Source: a virus. Taken from it: DNA of 64,000 nucleotides. The translations under genes were made by a program, and so were the position numbers. Under the pieces are notes generated by a model that was not told the DNA's origin, did no database searches, and was given only the letters and a program-made list of their open reading frames with translations. The stretch lies in the IMG/VR virus record IMGVR_UViG_3300042308_001616, positions 58,861-122,860 of that record; one strand, given 5' to 3'. This document shows positions 8,468 to 18,500 of this stretch, piece by piece (positions within the stretch are counted from its first letter, which is position 1; the number at the start of each line of letters is the position of its first letter).

Positions 8468-10588
8468 ATGTTTATGAAAAAGTTGATGATAATTGTACCA
8501 CATCTATCTACCGGTGGACTTCCACAATACGTGGCTAAACAAATAGAAATGTCGTGTGGTGAGTATGAAATATGGTGCGTTGAATGGGACAGTATAACTG
8601 GTGGTGTTCTTGTTGTACAACGGAACAAAATACAAAATCTTATTGGTACCGGACTCGTAACATTGGGAGAAGATAAAGATGAATTTTTACGATTATTAGA
8701 TGATGTTTGTCCGGACATTATACATTTCCAAGAGATTCCGGAAACTTTTATACAGAGGACAATACTTGATGATGTTTATAAAGATGATAGACATTGGCAA
8801 ATATTGGTGACGACTCACTCTTCGTATACAGAACCTTCTAATATATCTTATGGTGCAGACAGATTTGTATTAGTTTCGGACTGGAGTAGGAGACGTTTTG
8901 CATCTGTATATGGTGACGATAGGTGTTCAATTTGGGAATATCCTGTGGAAAAGAAGGTATTTGATAAAATTTCAGCGAAGAAGAAATTGGGATTTGAACT
9001 AGATAAGGTACATTTTCTACATGTTGGTTTATTCACACCTGGTAAAAATCAGAAATTGATTGTGGATGCTGCCAGATTATTACAATCGATGGATAATATA
9101 CGAGTACACTTTGTGGGTAATCAAGCTGAAAATTTTAGGGACTACTGGGAACCAATTATGGCAGACTTTCCGTTGAATTGTACTTGGCATGGCGAAAGAC
9201 ACAACGTTGATGATTTCTATAAAGCCGCGGATGTTTTTCTTTTTCCATCTCTATTCGAACTAAATCCACTTTCGTTGAAAGAGGCATCAGGATTTGGACT
9301 ACCAATAGCACTCAACAAATTAGAAACATATGATGGTGCGTGGGACAATTGCGTTGATTTACATATGGATCCGGAAGGTGCGTCACGTGTTATGTGTGAA
9401 ATGGTGGAATCGGTTAGTGGTTTTTTTGACGGAACACTATATGGTGAGTCTACTAAAATGACAGATATTGTAAGGAGATTAGATCCTTTGATAAGTATAA
9501 ACTTCATAAATGGACCTTATGTAGAAGTCAATAATGCACCTGGAGAAGAATTTGACTTAACAATAACTGATAGAAAAAGTGGATTTGTTGTTTATGGAAC
9601 AACAATTGGGAATGGATGTTGGGCACGTGCTAATTTGATGTATGTTAGAGATTGGAGAATAAGATTGGTACGTAAATCGGATGGTAAGGAATTTATAAGA
9701 GATTTCGATCCTAATGGTAAAAGAGTTTTTATATCTCTGGAATCTAGGTCAATTGGTGATACTCTAGCTTGGTTTCCACAGGTTGAAGAGTTTAGAAAGA
9801 AACATGATTGTAAAATCGTATGTTCTACTTTTTGGAATGAACAACTAAGTGGTCAATATCCTGAGATAGAGTTTGTTTCACCCGGTAGTGTTGTTGATAA
9901 CATATATGCTATGTTTAGTATTGGGTGGTTTTTTGATGGTGATTCGTATTGTCCGAGAAGACATCCACGTGACTTCAAAAATCTTCCATTGGGACAGACT
10001 GCAGCAGACATACTCAACATTGAGTATAAACAGGAGAGAGCTAGGTTGGATGTATCGAATGTTATAAAATCACGTAAGGTTGGACTTGGAATTCACTCCA
10101 CTGCACAAACCAAATATTGGAACAATCCAACCGGATGGCAGGATGTTACTAATTTTCTAACTAAGATAGGATATGAGGTTATTATACTATCCAATGAGGG
10201 TGATGGTTATATGGGTAATAACTATCCGTCGGGTGCGTCTGTATTACCATCTGGTAGTTTTGATCGACTCAAAGAAGAGATGGTTAGTTGTGAACTTTTT
10301 ATTGGTATAGGATCAGGTCTAAGTTGGTTATCATGGACTCTTGGAGTACCTACCGTACTCATATCGGGTTTCAGTCGTCCTGAATCTGAGTTTGAGGGAG
10401 ATGGTGTTCTTAGAATATTCAATGAAAGTAGTTGTAATGGATGTTACAATAGATACAAATTCAACGCAGGTGATTGGAATTGGTGTCCGGACCACGCAGG
10501 AACGGAAAGACAATTTGAGTGTACAAAGTCGATAACCGGAAGACATGTCATAGCAAGAATGATTGAAGAGGGTTTTGTTCATATATAA
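8468..10588 (+). CDS. Large bifunctional glycosyltransferase: N-terminal GT4 (GT-B, glycosyl transferase group 1-like) plus C-terminal GT9/heptosyltransferase-like domain
   Basis: N-terminus KKLMIIVPHLSTGGLPQYV and FLFPSLFELNPLSLKEASGFGLPIAL (GT4 E-x7-E region). C-terminal half has RVFISLESRSIGDTLAWFP... (GT9-like). ORF track start 8405 is a TTG; the ATG at 8468 follows a GGTTATATATAAAAAACC promoter-like motif. Confidence 0.6.
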   Translation: MFMKKLMIIVPHLSTGGLPQYVAKQIEMSCGEYEIWCVEWDSITGGVLVVQRNKIQNLIGTGLVTLGEDKDEFLRLLDDVCPDIIHFQEIPETFIQRTILDDVYKDDRHWQILVTTHSSYTEPSNISYGADRFVLVSDWSRRRFASVYGDDRCSIWEYPVEKKVFDKISAKKKLGFELDKVHFLHVGLFTPGKNQKLIVDAARLLQSMDNIRVHFVGNQAENFRDYWEPIMADFPLNCTWHGERHNVDDFYKAADVFLFPSLFELNPLSLKEASGFGLPIALNKLETYDGAWDNCVDLHMDPEGASRVMCEMVESVSGFFDGTLYGESTKMTDIVRRLDPLISINFINGPYVEVNNAPGEEFDLTITDRKSGFVVYGTTIGNGCWARANLMYVRDWRIRLVRKSDGKEFIRDFDPNGKRVFISLESRSIGDTLAWFPQVEEFRKKHDCKIVCSTFWNEQLSGQYPEIEFVSPGSVVDNIYAMFSIGWFFDGDSYCPRRHPRDFKNLPLGQTAADILNIEYKQERARLDVSNVIKSRKVGLGIHSTAQTKYWNNPTGWQDVTNFLTKIGYEVIILSNEGDGYMGNNYPSGASVLPSGSFDRLKEEMVSCELFIGIGSGLSWLSWTLGVPTVLISGFSRPESEFEGDGVLRIFNESSCNGCYNRYKFNAGDWNWCPDHAGTERQFECTKSITGRHVIARMIEEGFVHI

Positions 10589-10622
10589 AAAAATCCGAGA
10601 TAAATTATCTCGGATTTTTTAT
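10589..10622. terminator. Rho-independent terminator (AAATCCGAGAT-AAATT-ATCTCGGATTT plus T-run), bidirectional
   Basis: 11-bp stem flanked by A-run and T-run between convergent genes. Confidence 0.65.
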
Positions 10623-10635
10623 TATAAAAATTTTA

Positions 10636-11409
10636 CTATTTTCTTACCTTTACACTTACGCCTGTTTTAGAAGTATTCTTTCTCACTTTCTGGTTTTTAC
10701 CTTCGTTTATATTGACGGTTACCTTTTTAGACGCCTTCACAACGAATTTGTCTTCCCATGGTGTGAATAGTGTTCCATCCGCATTTACTTCGAGACGTAT
10801 ATTACCCTTAGCACCCTCGTTTAGTATACTCAGTTTCTTCATTGGTATTACACACTGTCCGTTTTTGATTTCACCGACAAACATAAGTGTCCACTCATCA
10901 CTCTCAACTATAAGTCTAACCTCTGTGTCAGATTGGTTCACACCCTCTACTGCGATATCACATCGGAAGTCTTCTGCTTTGTCTTTGTATAATTTATAAT
11001 ATTCATCAGTTTCGTTACTTTCGTTGTGACCGAAATCGAAGTGATTATCTTTTTCATAATCTTCTTCACTTTCACCAGTAGCAAGTCCGTTCATATACAC
11101 AGAGAACTGATTTATATACTCAGTTGTGTCCTTAGTATTATTGTATGTTTCTGATTTCTCAAAATCTTCAATGTTATTCATCACTGCATCGCCGTATGAA
11201 TCTCTCATAGAATCCGCAACTGCATCGTAATCCACACCATCAACGTTATTATTAACGATATAAGGATTCAATGAATGATCAATATGCTCGTCATCGTCTT
11301 CACTCTCTGACTCATTTATAATACCTTCTTTTATAAGGTTAGACTTCATTTTTGTCAATTTTTCAACATCTATAAAGTCTTCAAATCTGAATATGTCTTT
11401 TTCTTCCAT
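10636..11409 (-). CDS. Hypothetical acidic protein (257 aa), possible virion component
   Basis: ORF; acidic N-terminal half, beta-rich basic C-terminus. Confidence 0.45.
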   Translation of the reverse strand: MEEKDIFRFEDFIDVEKLTKMKSNLIKEGIINESESEDDDEHIDHSLNPYIVNNNVDGVDYDAVADSMRDSYGDAVMNNIEDFEKSETYNNTKDTTEYINQFSVYMNGLATGESEEDYEKDNHFDFGHNESNETDEYYKLYKDKAEDFRCDIAVEGVNQSDTEVRLIVESDEWTLMFVGEIKNGQCVIPMKKLSILNEGAKGNIRLEVNADGTLFTPWEDKFVVKASKKVTVNINEGKNQKVRKNTSKTGVSVKVRK

Positions 11410-11425
11410 AATTTATATATTTTTT

Positions 11426-11815
11426 TTAAAAATCAATTTTTACACTCACTTCATTTATGAATCGAGTGAATTCGTTTACGGTAACCTTAATTTCTTTTGT
11501 AGGTTCCTTTATTACGTCGTAGTCAACTCCTCTAACACGACAATATAACTTTATAATTTTCTTTGTATTTTCTTCACCAATGTCTTTTGACATCTGCATC
11601 CATGGATTTCCCTTTTCATATTCCCCTCTGTATGCACCACCTCCGTGTCTAATACTTTTTATTTCGAGTAATATGAAGACTTCGTCCCATGTTAGATCAA
11701 CGTTTTCCCATTTCAGGGTAACTTCTTCCCACTTTAGGTATTTTTTACCAGCAGAAACCTCGTCGTTTGTCCAATTTAGGTCTGTGTTTAGTAGGTTGGA
11801 ATGTATTAGAGGCAC
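11426..11815 (-). CDS. Hypothetical protein (129 aa)
   Basis: ORF with a promoter-like motif at 11831-11848. Confidence 0.45.
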   Translation of the reverse strand: MPLIHSNLLNTDLNWTNDEVSAGKKYLKWEEVTLKWENVDLTWDEVFILLEIKSIRHGGGAYRGEYEKGNPWMQMSKDIGEENTKKIIKLYCRVRGVDYDVIKEPTKEIKVTVNEFTRFINEVSVKIDF

Positions 11816-11882
11816 GTTTATTCTTTTTTGTCTTATATATTATTAAAACGTGGTTGGACTCATGATAGTTAATATATAAAAC

Positions 11883-14800
11883 ATGAGTTATAATCTGACA
11901 GGCGTCACGGTCTCGGGTTCCTACGGGAGATTGGTACAAGTTATACATGGTTCGCCAGACACTTACTATGATGGGTTTGGAAACCTTTTGAACCTTGGAC
12001 CGGGAACTGCATCTGTTGGACCTCAGGGACCTACAGGACCACAGGGACTTTCTGTCAATTGGATGGGACCATGGGATTCAATGATGAATTACTTTACATA
12101 TGATATGGTTTCATATGATGGTAATTCGTATATCTACATAAGTAATACACCAGGTTCTTCTATTACAACGCCTGACTCGGATCCATCTAAGTGGGATATA
12201 ATGACACAAAATATAAAAGGTGCCACTGGTTCTATTGGTGCCACTGGTTCAACCGGTTCTTCCGGTTCATCAGGAACTTCTGGTTCATCTGGTGAAAGTG
12301 GATCCTCTGGAACTTCTGGTTCATCTGGAATTAGTGGGTCATCAGGAACTTCTGGTTCATCTGGAATTAGTGGGTCGTCTGGAACTTCTGGGTCGTCCGG
12401 AATTAGTGGATCATCCGGAACTTCTGGTATAAATGGTGCGACCGGCCCAGGATTTGCAGGAATATCAGCATATATACACGTAACATCAACATATTCAATA
12501 ACTACAAATGATTATTATATAGATGCAAATGGTAGTTTTGATGTTATTTTACCTCTTGGTGTACAGGGTAGATCATATGCTATTAAAAATACAGGAACGG
12601 GTGTTATCACAGTAAAAGGCACAGCATCTCAGTTAATTGACAAACTTCCTTCTTATAATTTGGCATTCTATGATACACTAATAGTAGAATCAGACGGATC
12701 CAACTGGTTAGTTCAAAACACACAAACAAAAACATTTATTAGAGTTTATAACAACACCGGATCTATTATACCAAAAGGAACTGCTCTTAAAATACAATCA
12801 ACATATAATGGTATTCCGAGTGTTTCATTACCATTAGCAAGTTTACATTCAACAAATCAACAAGTAATAGGTTTGGCCTATATTGATATACCGAACGAGT
12901 CGGAGGGTATTGCTATATCAGGTGGTATTTTATCAGGTCTTAATTTATCATCATATTCAGTTGGAGATATTCTTTACTTATCTGATACGATAGCAGGTGG
13001 ATTTGTAAACTCAACAGACTCATTACAATTTTCATCAAGAACAAATCAAATTGGATATGTTACCAGTACAAGTTCTACAATAGGAACTATTCAGGTTGAG
13101 ATTAACAACGAAGATATAAATCTTACTTTAACAGACATTGAAAGAAATATATTGGAGGGAAATGTTATCTCAACTGGTGTTTATCATTATTTAGGAATGA
13201 CTAAAACTAGTTCGATTACTTTCACAGTTGCCAGTGCTTCTGGTTGGATTGTAAAGAATACCGGGGAATTAGCAACTAAACCTGATGTACAAAATGTTAT
13301 TTATGGTGGAACTACGAGTATTACAACACCATACCTAAATAGTGCAGATTCTACATATGTTTTATTAACAGCATCATCATCATTGATGCTACAATCAACA
13401 TTTCCATCACCACAACAGAGGCGAGAGAATATATTTTTGGGTAAAGTGGTTCACCCTGACAGACAAACAATACTAAACGTAAACAACACGGTTGATTACG
13501 ACGTATCACCGATGTCATCACTAAGAGATTTATGGACACCATTAAAACTTGTCAATCAGGGTATAATACCATCGGCACATAGTACGACATTAGAATTCAA
13601 TACATCAGCAGGAACTCTCTGGGGTAACGGAATTGGATGGACAACAAACGAACTAAATCCAAATAGTGTGTTAATTGGTGGTCAATCACCTGTCACTTTC
13701 CAATATAGGACACAGATGGGTGGATCCTTTTCCAACACAACGCTTATTGACCCCTCACACTACGATAACGCCGGCACTGTTACACTGGTTGGTGGGGGTA
13801 ACGGTTCTTCAACAAATCAGAGAATATATTTGTTCCCAACAGGACTTATAAGAGTTCAATATGGACAAACCGTATACGGAACATTATCCGAGGCAATTAC
13901 CGGAACACAGGAAGAACTTTTCACCGAATTCGTCAACAACAGAGATAATGGTATTTTGATAGGAATACTATCTATCAATAAGAATGCAACAAACTTATCC
14001 AATCCATTACAAGCAAGATTCAACTTTGTTTCTAAATTTGGAGAAATACTCGGTGGTTCTGGTGGTATTTCTACAACAACTCTACAACAAGCATATGATA
14101 ACTCATCAACACCAGAAATAGTTACTAATACCAGTCTGGGTGCAGTTTCTTTCAAAAGAGGAAGTGCGTCGGATACAGATAATGTGATTGAAGTATTGAG
14201 TGGTAACGGTTCTAATGGTGTAACGTTTAGTGTAACGGGACAAGGAAGAACGAATACAAATACTCTCACAATACACGGTATTGGTGCCACTGCCGGACTT
14301 ACCAATTATGTAGTTGTTGATAATTCGGGAAATACATACTACCAAACAGGGACGATTGGGAGTGGTAGTAATGGAAGTTCTGGTAGTAGTGGTGTGAGTG
14401 GAAGTAGTGGGACGAGTGGAAGTAGTGGAACAAGTGGTGTAAATGGTGCAGGTGGTACACTCGGATATTATGGTTCATTCTATGACACATCCAACCAGTT
14501 CAATTTGACTGCAAGTGTTCCTATGGCGATGACCATAAACTCACAATATGAGGCAAATGGTGTATCGATAGTAGATGGTTCAAAGATGACTTTCACACAT
14601 CCAGGAACTTACAACTTACAATTTTCAACAGTATTCAATAAATCAAATTCGAATTCGGGTTCAGTGGATATATGGTTTGCTAGAAATGGAGATTATATAA
14701 CAAACTCAAATACACTTTTCTATGCAGCAGGCCAGGCAACATCTATTGCGGCATGGAATTATATGACAACACTCAATGCCAATGATTATATACAACTTTA

Positions 14801-15464
14801 TTGGCAGTCAAATGACACAAGTATATCAATACAATCAACTGGCACACAATCTAATCCAGATAGACCAGCAGTTCCGTCAATAATACTAACTGCACAACAG
14901 GTTATGTACACACAATTGGGTGCAACTGGTAATTCTGGATCTTCGGGTACATCTGGTTCATCAGGAACTTCTGGTTCGTCCGGTAGTTCAGGTTCATCCG
15001 GTTCATCAGGAAGTTCAGGTTCGAGTGGTTCGTCAGGAACGTCTGGTCTTCTATTATTGAATGGGTCGACCGATAATGGAATAATAACACTAAACGGGTC
15101 AGTACCAAATGCAACTGTCGAAACAAATCTAACATTTGACGGAAACACATTACGTGCAAATGCAAATGCAACAACTGTTCCACTTATAATTGCATCCGGA
15201 TCGTCTACACAGGATCTCGTGAGGATAACACAAACAGGAACAGGAAACGCATTCGTCGTAGAAGATAGTTCGAATCCGGATTCAACACCATTCGTTATAA
15301 GTAATACCGGAAATGTTGGTATCGGGACGGCATCACCAACCGACAATTTATCAGTAGCAGGAAATGTTAAAATAACCGGAACTATGAGTGGTTCGAGTAA
15401 CAATACAATACTTACGGACACACTCATACAAGCAGGCTTATTATACCTTTCTAACAACTGTTAA
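11883..15464 (+). CDS. Collagen-like repeat fibre protein 1 (1193 aa; tail fibre / fibril)
   Basis: Three Gly-X-Y tracts (mostly GSS/GTS/GIS/GES triplets) at about 12231-12420, 14349-14440 and 14943-15070. The N-terminal motif GSYGRLVQV..G..YYDGFGNLL and the C-terminal module (ITQTGTGNAFVVEDSSNPDSTPFVISNTGNVGIGT...LLYLSNNC) are both shared with the downstream giant gene. Confidence 0.8.
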   Translation: MSYNLTGVTVSGSYGRLVQVIHGSPDTYYDGFGNLLNLGPGTASVGPQGPTGPQGLSVNWMGPWDSMMNYFTYDMVSYDGNSYIYISNTPGSSITTPDSDPSKWDIMTQNIKGATGSIGATGSTGSSGSSGTSGSSGESGSSGTSGSSGISGSSGTSGSSGISGSSGTSGSSGISGSSGTSGINGATGPGFAGISAYIHVTSTYSITTNDYYIDANGSFDVILPLGVQGRSYAIKNTGTGVITVKGTASQLIDKLPSYNLAFYDTLIVESDGSNWLVQNTQTKTFIRVYNNTGSIIPKGTALKIQSTYNGIPSVSLPLASLHSTNQQVIGLAYIDIPNESEGIAISGGILSGLNLSSYSVGDILYLSDTIAGGFVNSTDSLQFSSRTNQIGYVTSTSSTIGTIQVEINNEDINLTLTDIERNILEGNVISTGVYHYLGMTKTSSITFTVASASGWIVKNTGELATKPDVQNVIYGGTTSITTPYLNSADSTYVLLTASSSLMLQSTFPSPQQRRENIFLGKVVHPDRQTILNVNNTVDYDVSPMSSLRDLWTPLKLVNQGIIPSAHSTTLEFNTSAGTLWGNGIGWTTNELNPNSVLIGGQSPVTFQYRTQMGGSFSNTTLIDPSHYDNAGTVTLVGGGNGSSTNQRIYLFPTGLIRVQYGQTVYGTLSEAITGTQEELFTEFVNNRDNGILIGILSINKNATNLSNPLQARFNFVSKFGEILGGSGGISTTTLQQAYDNSSTPEIVTNTSLGAVSFKRGSASDTDNVIEVLSGNGSNGVTFSVTGQGRTNTNTLTIHGIGATAGLTNYVVVDNSGNTYYQTGTIGSGSNGSSGSSGVSGSSGTSGSSGTSGVNGAGGTLGYYGSFYDTSNQFNLTASVPMAMTINSQYEANGVSIVDGSKMTFTHPGTYNLQFSTVFNKSNSNSGSVDIWFARNGDYITNSNTLFYAAGQATSIAAWNYMTTLNANDYIQLYWQSNDTSISIQSTGTQSNPDRPAVPSIILTAQQVMYTQLGATGNSGSSGTSGSSGTSGSSGSSGSSGSSGSSGSSGSSGTSGLLLLNGSTDNGIITLNGSVPNATVETNLTFDGNTLRANANATTVPLIIASGSSTQDLVRITQTGTGNAFVVEDSSNPDSTPFVISNTGNVGIGTASPTDNLSVAGNVKITGTMSGSSNNTILTDTLIQAGLLYLSNNC

Positions 15465-15511
15465 GGTGTTAGTCCATTTTAATATATACCCAAAAGAAAA
15501 AGGTAAACCTT

Positions 15512-18500
15512 TTGGCTAGAAATCCTAAATACCAGATACGTAACCTCTCTACTGACGGTTATGGAAGATTAGTACAAGTTGTAAATGGAGTTTATTACGA
15601 TGGATTTGGTAATATTTTAAGTATTGGTAGTGTTGGTAGTTCAGGAATCATTGGCGGTTCGTCGGGAACATCGGGTTTAAGTGGAAACTCTGGGTCATCG
15701 GGTTCATCCGGAACATCAGGGCTAAGTGGAAACTCTGGGTCATCCGGAACATCGGGTTCTTCTGGATACTCAGGAACATCAGGTTCAAGTGGAACGAGTG
15801 GTGTTTCGGATAAGTATAAGACTACAACGGTTCACACAATGCCAGTTCCGAGTGTGGATGACATTATATTATTAGAATCTCTTGATACAGGTCTTGCATA
15901 CACAGTAGGACAATCAATAATATTGGCGGAATCTGCGTACGATTATCTGGAAGGTATTGTTCAAAGTTATAGTCCAATAACGGGTGATATGTACGTTATT
16001 GTCAAATATGTCGTTGGTTCGCCTGATGGGCCAGATTTTACGATAAATATTGATGGAACAACTGGGTCATCCGGAACATCTGGGTCATCCGGAATTAGTG
16101 GTTCATCCGGATCTTCCGGAACACGTGGTAGTTCAGGTTCGTCCGGTTCTTCTGGTATTTCCGGTTCGTCCGGAACTTCGGGGTCTTCCGGAGAAAGTGG
16201 TTCTTCTGGTATTTCCGGTTCTTCTGGTATTTCCGGTTCGTCCGGAACTTCGGGGTCTTCCGGAGAAAGTGGTTCTTCTGGTATTTCCGGTTCTTCTGGA
16301 ACTTCAGGTTCGTCAGGAGAAAGTGGTTCCTCTGGAACTTCTGGGTCTTCCGGTTCTTCTGGAGCTTCTGGAACTTCAGGTTCGTCAGGAGAAAGTGGTT
16401 CCTCTGGAACTTCTGGGTCTTCCGGTTCTTCTGGAGCTTCTGGAACTTCTGGGTCATCAGGAACGTCCGGTTCTTCTGGGTCATCAGGTTCATCAGGAAC
16501 TTCTGGGTCATCTGGTGAAAGTGGATCATCCGGAACTTCTGGTTCATCCGGAACTTCTGGTTCTTCTGGATCCAGTGGAACAGGATTTGACACAATTTCA
16601 AATCCATCTGATAACAGATTATTGACATCGGATGGAACTACCAACGCAGCGGTTGCTGAAAGTAATCTAACATTTGATGGTAGTTTGTTAACAATGATTG
16701 GTTCTTCCAATTTTGGAACATCTTCTGGAACACAAAATCTATATGGTAGTGTAATTTCCAATGATAGTTTCTCCATTGGGACACAACAATTTTTCCCACA
16801 AGGTAATAACGGATTTTCAGTCAATGAAAACTTTGACGCCAGTAATAGCACATCTCAAACGGCTTATCATTTTACATCTGGCTCAAACACAAAAAATATA
16901 GTATTTACTTTAGCAAAAACCGGAGAATATACGACAGTTTTTGGTACAGATGGTAGTTCAACTTCCAATAAATTTGTAATAGGCTCAGAAACATCGAATA
17001 CCGTTTTTCAATTCAAAAGTGGATTGGGAATACAACCAATTAACTTAGACGGCGGTTCTGTGATGTTTGAGGTGGCTACAAATTCATTATTTGCACCAAA
17101 TATACCATCCGGTACAACCGAGACGGATATATTAGTCAGAGATGGTAGTGGTTATATTACATACAGAAGTGATTTAAGTTTATCAGGAACGTCTGGGTCT
17201 TCCGGTAGTGCAGGTTCATCAGGAACATCCGGTTCTTCTGGGTCTTCCGGTTCATCTGGATCATCAGGAACATCAGGAACATCAGGAACGTCTGGGTCTT
17301 CCGGTTCATCTGGATCATCAGGTTCTTCCGGAACATCAGGAACGTCTGGGTCTTCCGGTAGTGCAGGTTCATCAGGAACATCCGGTTCATCTGGATCATC
17401 AGGTTCTTCCGGAACATCAGGAACGTCTGGGTCTTCTGGGTCTTCCGGTTCATCTGGAACATCAGGTTCATCTGGAACGTCTGGTTCTTCTGGGTCTTCC
17501 GGTTCATCAGGAACGTCCGGTTCTTCTGGGTCTTCCGGTTCTTCTGGAACATCAGGTTCATCAGGAACGTCTGGTTCTTCCGGTTCATCTGGAACGTCTG
17601 GTTCTTCTGGGTCTTCCGGTTCATCAGGAACGTCCGGTTCATCAGGAACGTCTGGGTCTTCCGGTTCTTCTGGAACATCAGGTTCTTCTGGTTCATCTGG
17701 AACTTCTGGGTCTTCCGGTAGTGCAGGTTCATCAGGAACGTCTGGGTCTTCCGGTTCATCAGGAACATCTGGTTCGTCTGGATCAACAGGTTCGTCTGGG
17801 TCATCAGGATCAGCAGGAAGTTCAGGTTCTACCGGGTCTTCGGGAACGTCAGGAAGTTCAGGTTCATCAGGAACAAGAGGTTCGTCTGGGTCATCAGGTT
17901 CTACCGGATCTTCGGGGTCTTCTGGATCAGCAGGAACATCAGGATCTTCCGGTACATCTGGTTCGTCTGGGTCAGCAGGAACATCTGGTTCGTCTGGGTC
18001 AGCAGGAACATCTGGTTCGTCTGGGTCTTCCGGTACATCAGGTTCGACAGGATCATCCGGAACAAGTGGTGCACAAGGACCACAGGGTATATCCGCAGGT
18101 CAGATATACTATTTCAATATGTCTATGACAGCTTCTGTAAATGGATATAGGTCGCTTTCAACAACACCACTTCCAAATGGTGGCACATATTCAATAGAAA
18201 CACTTACGGGGAATGAGTCAGGACATTTAGTAGAGACTTTTATGACAGATCCATTAGGATTTTCTATCATTCCTGGTGGAACACAAAGGTTTCACTTACA
18301 TTTTTTAAAGGGTGCGGTTGGTGATGATATAGAGGCTTATGTGAGTATAAGACTTAGTGATAGTGTAGGTGTTCCTATTGGACCTACGTTATCAAGCAAC
18401 AAACAATACATTGGATGGAATGACTCAACAACTAATGTAGAGGTACTAACCGATTTAACACTTCCAACGACCGGAATAGATCCAACCAACAGAATGCTTG

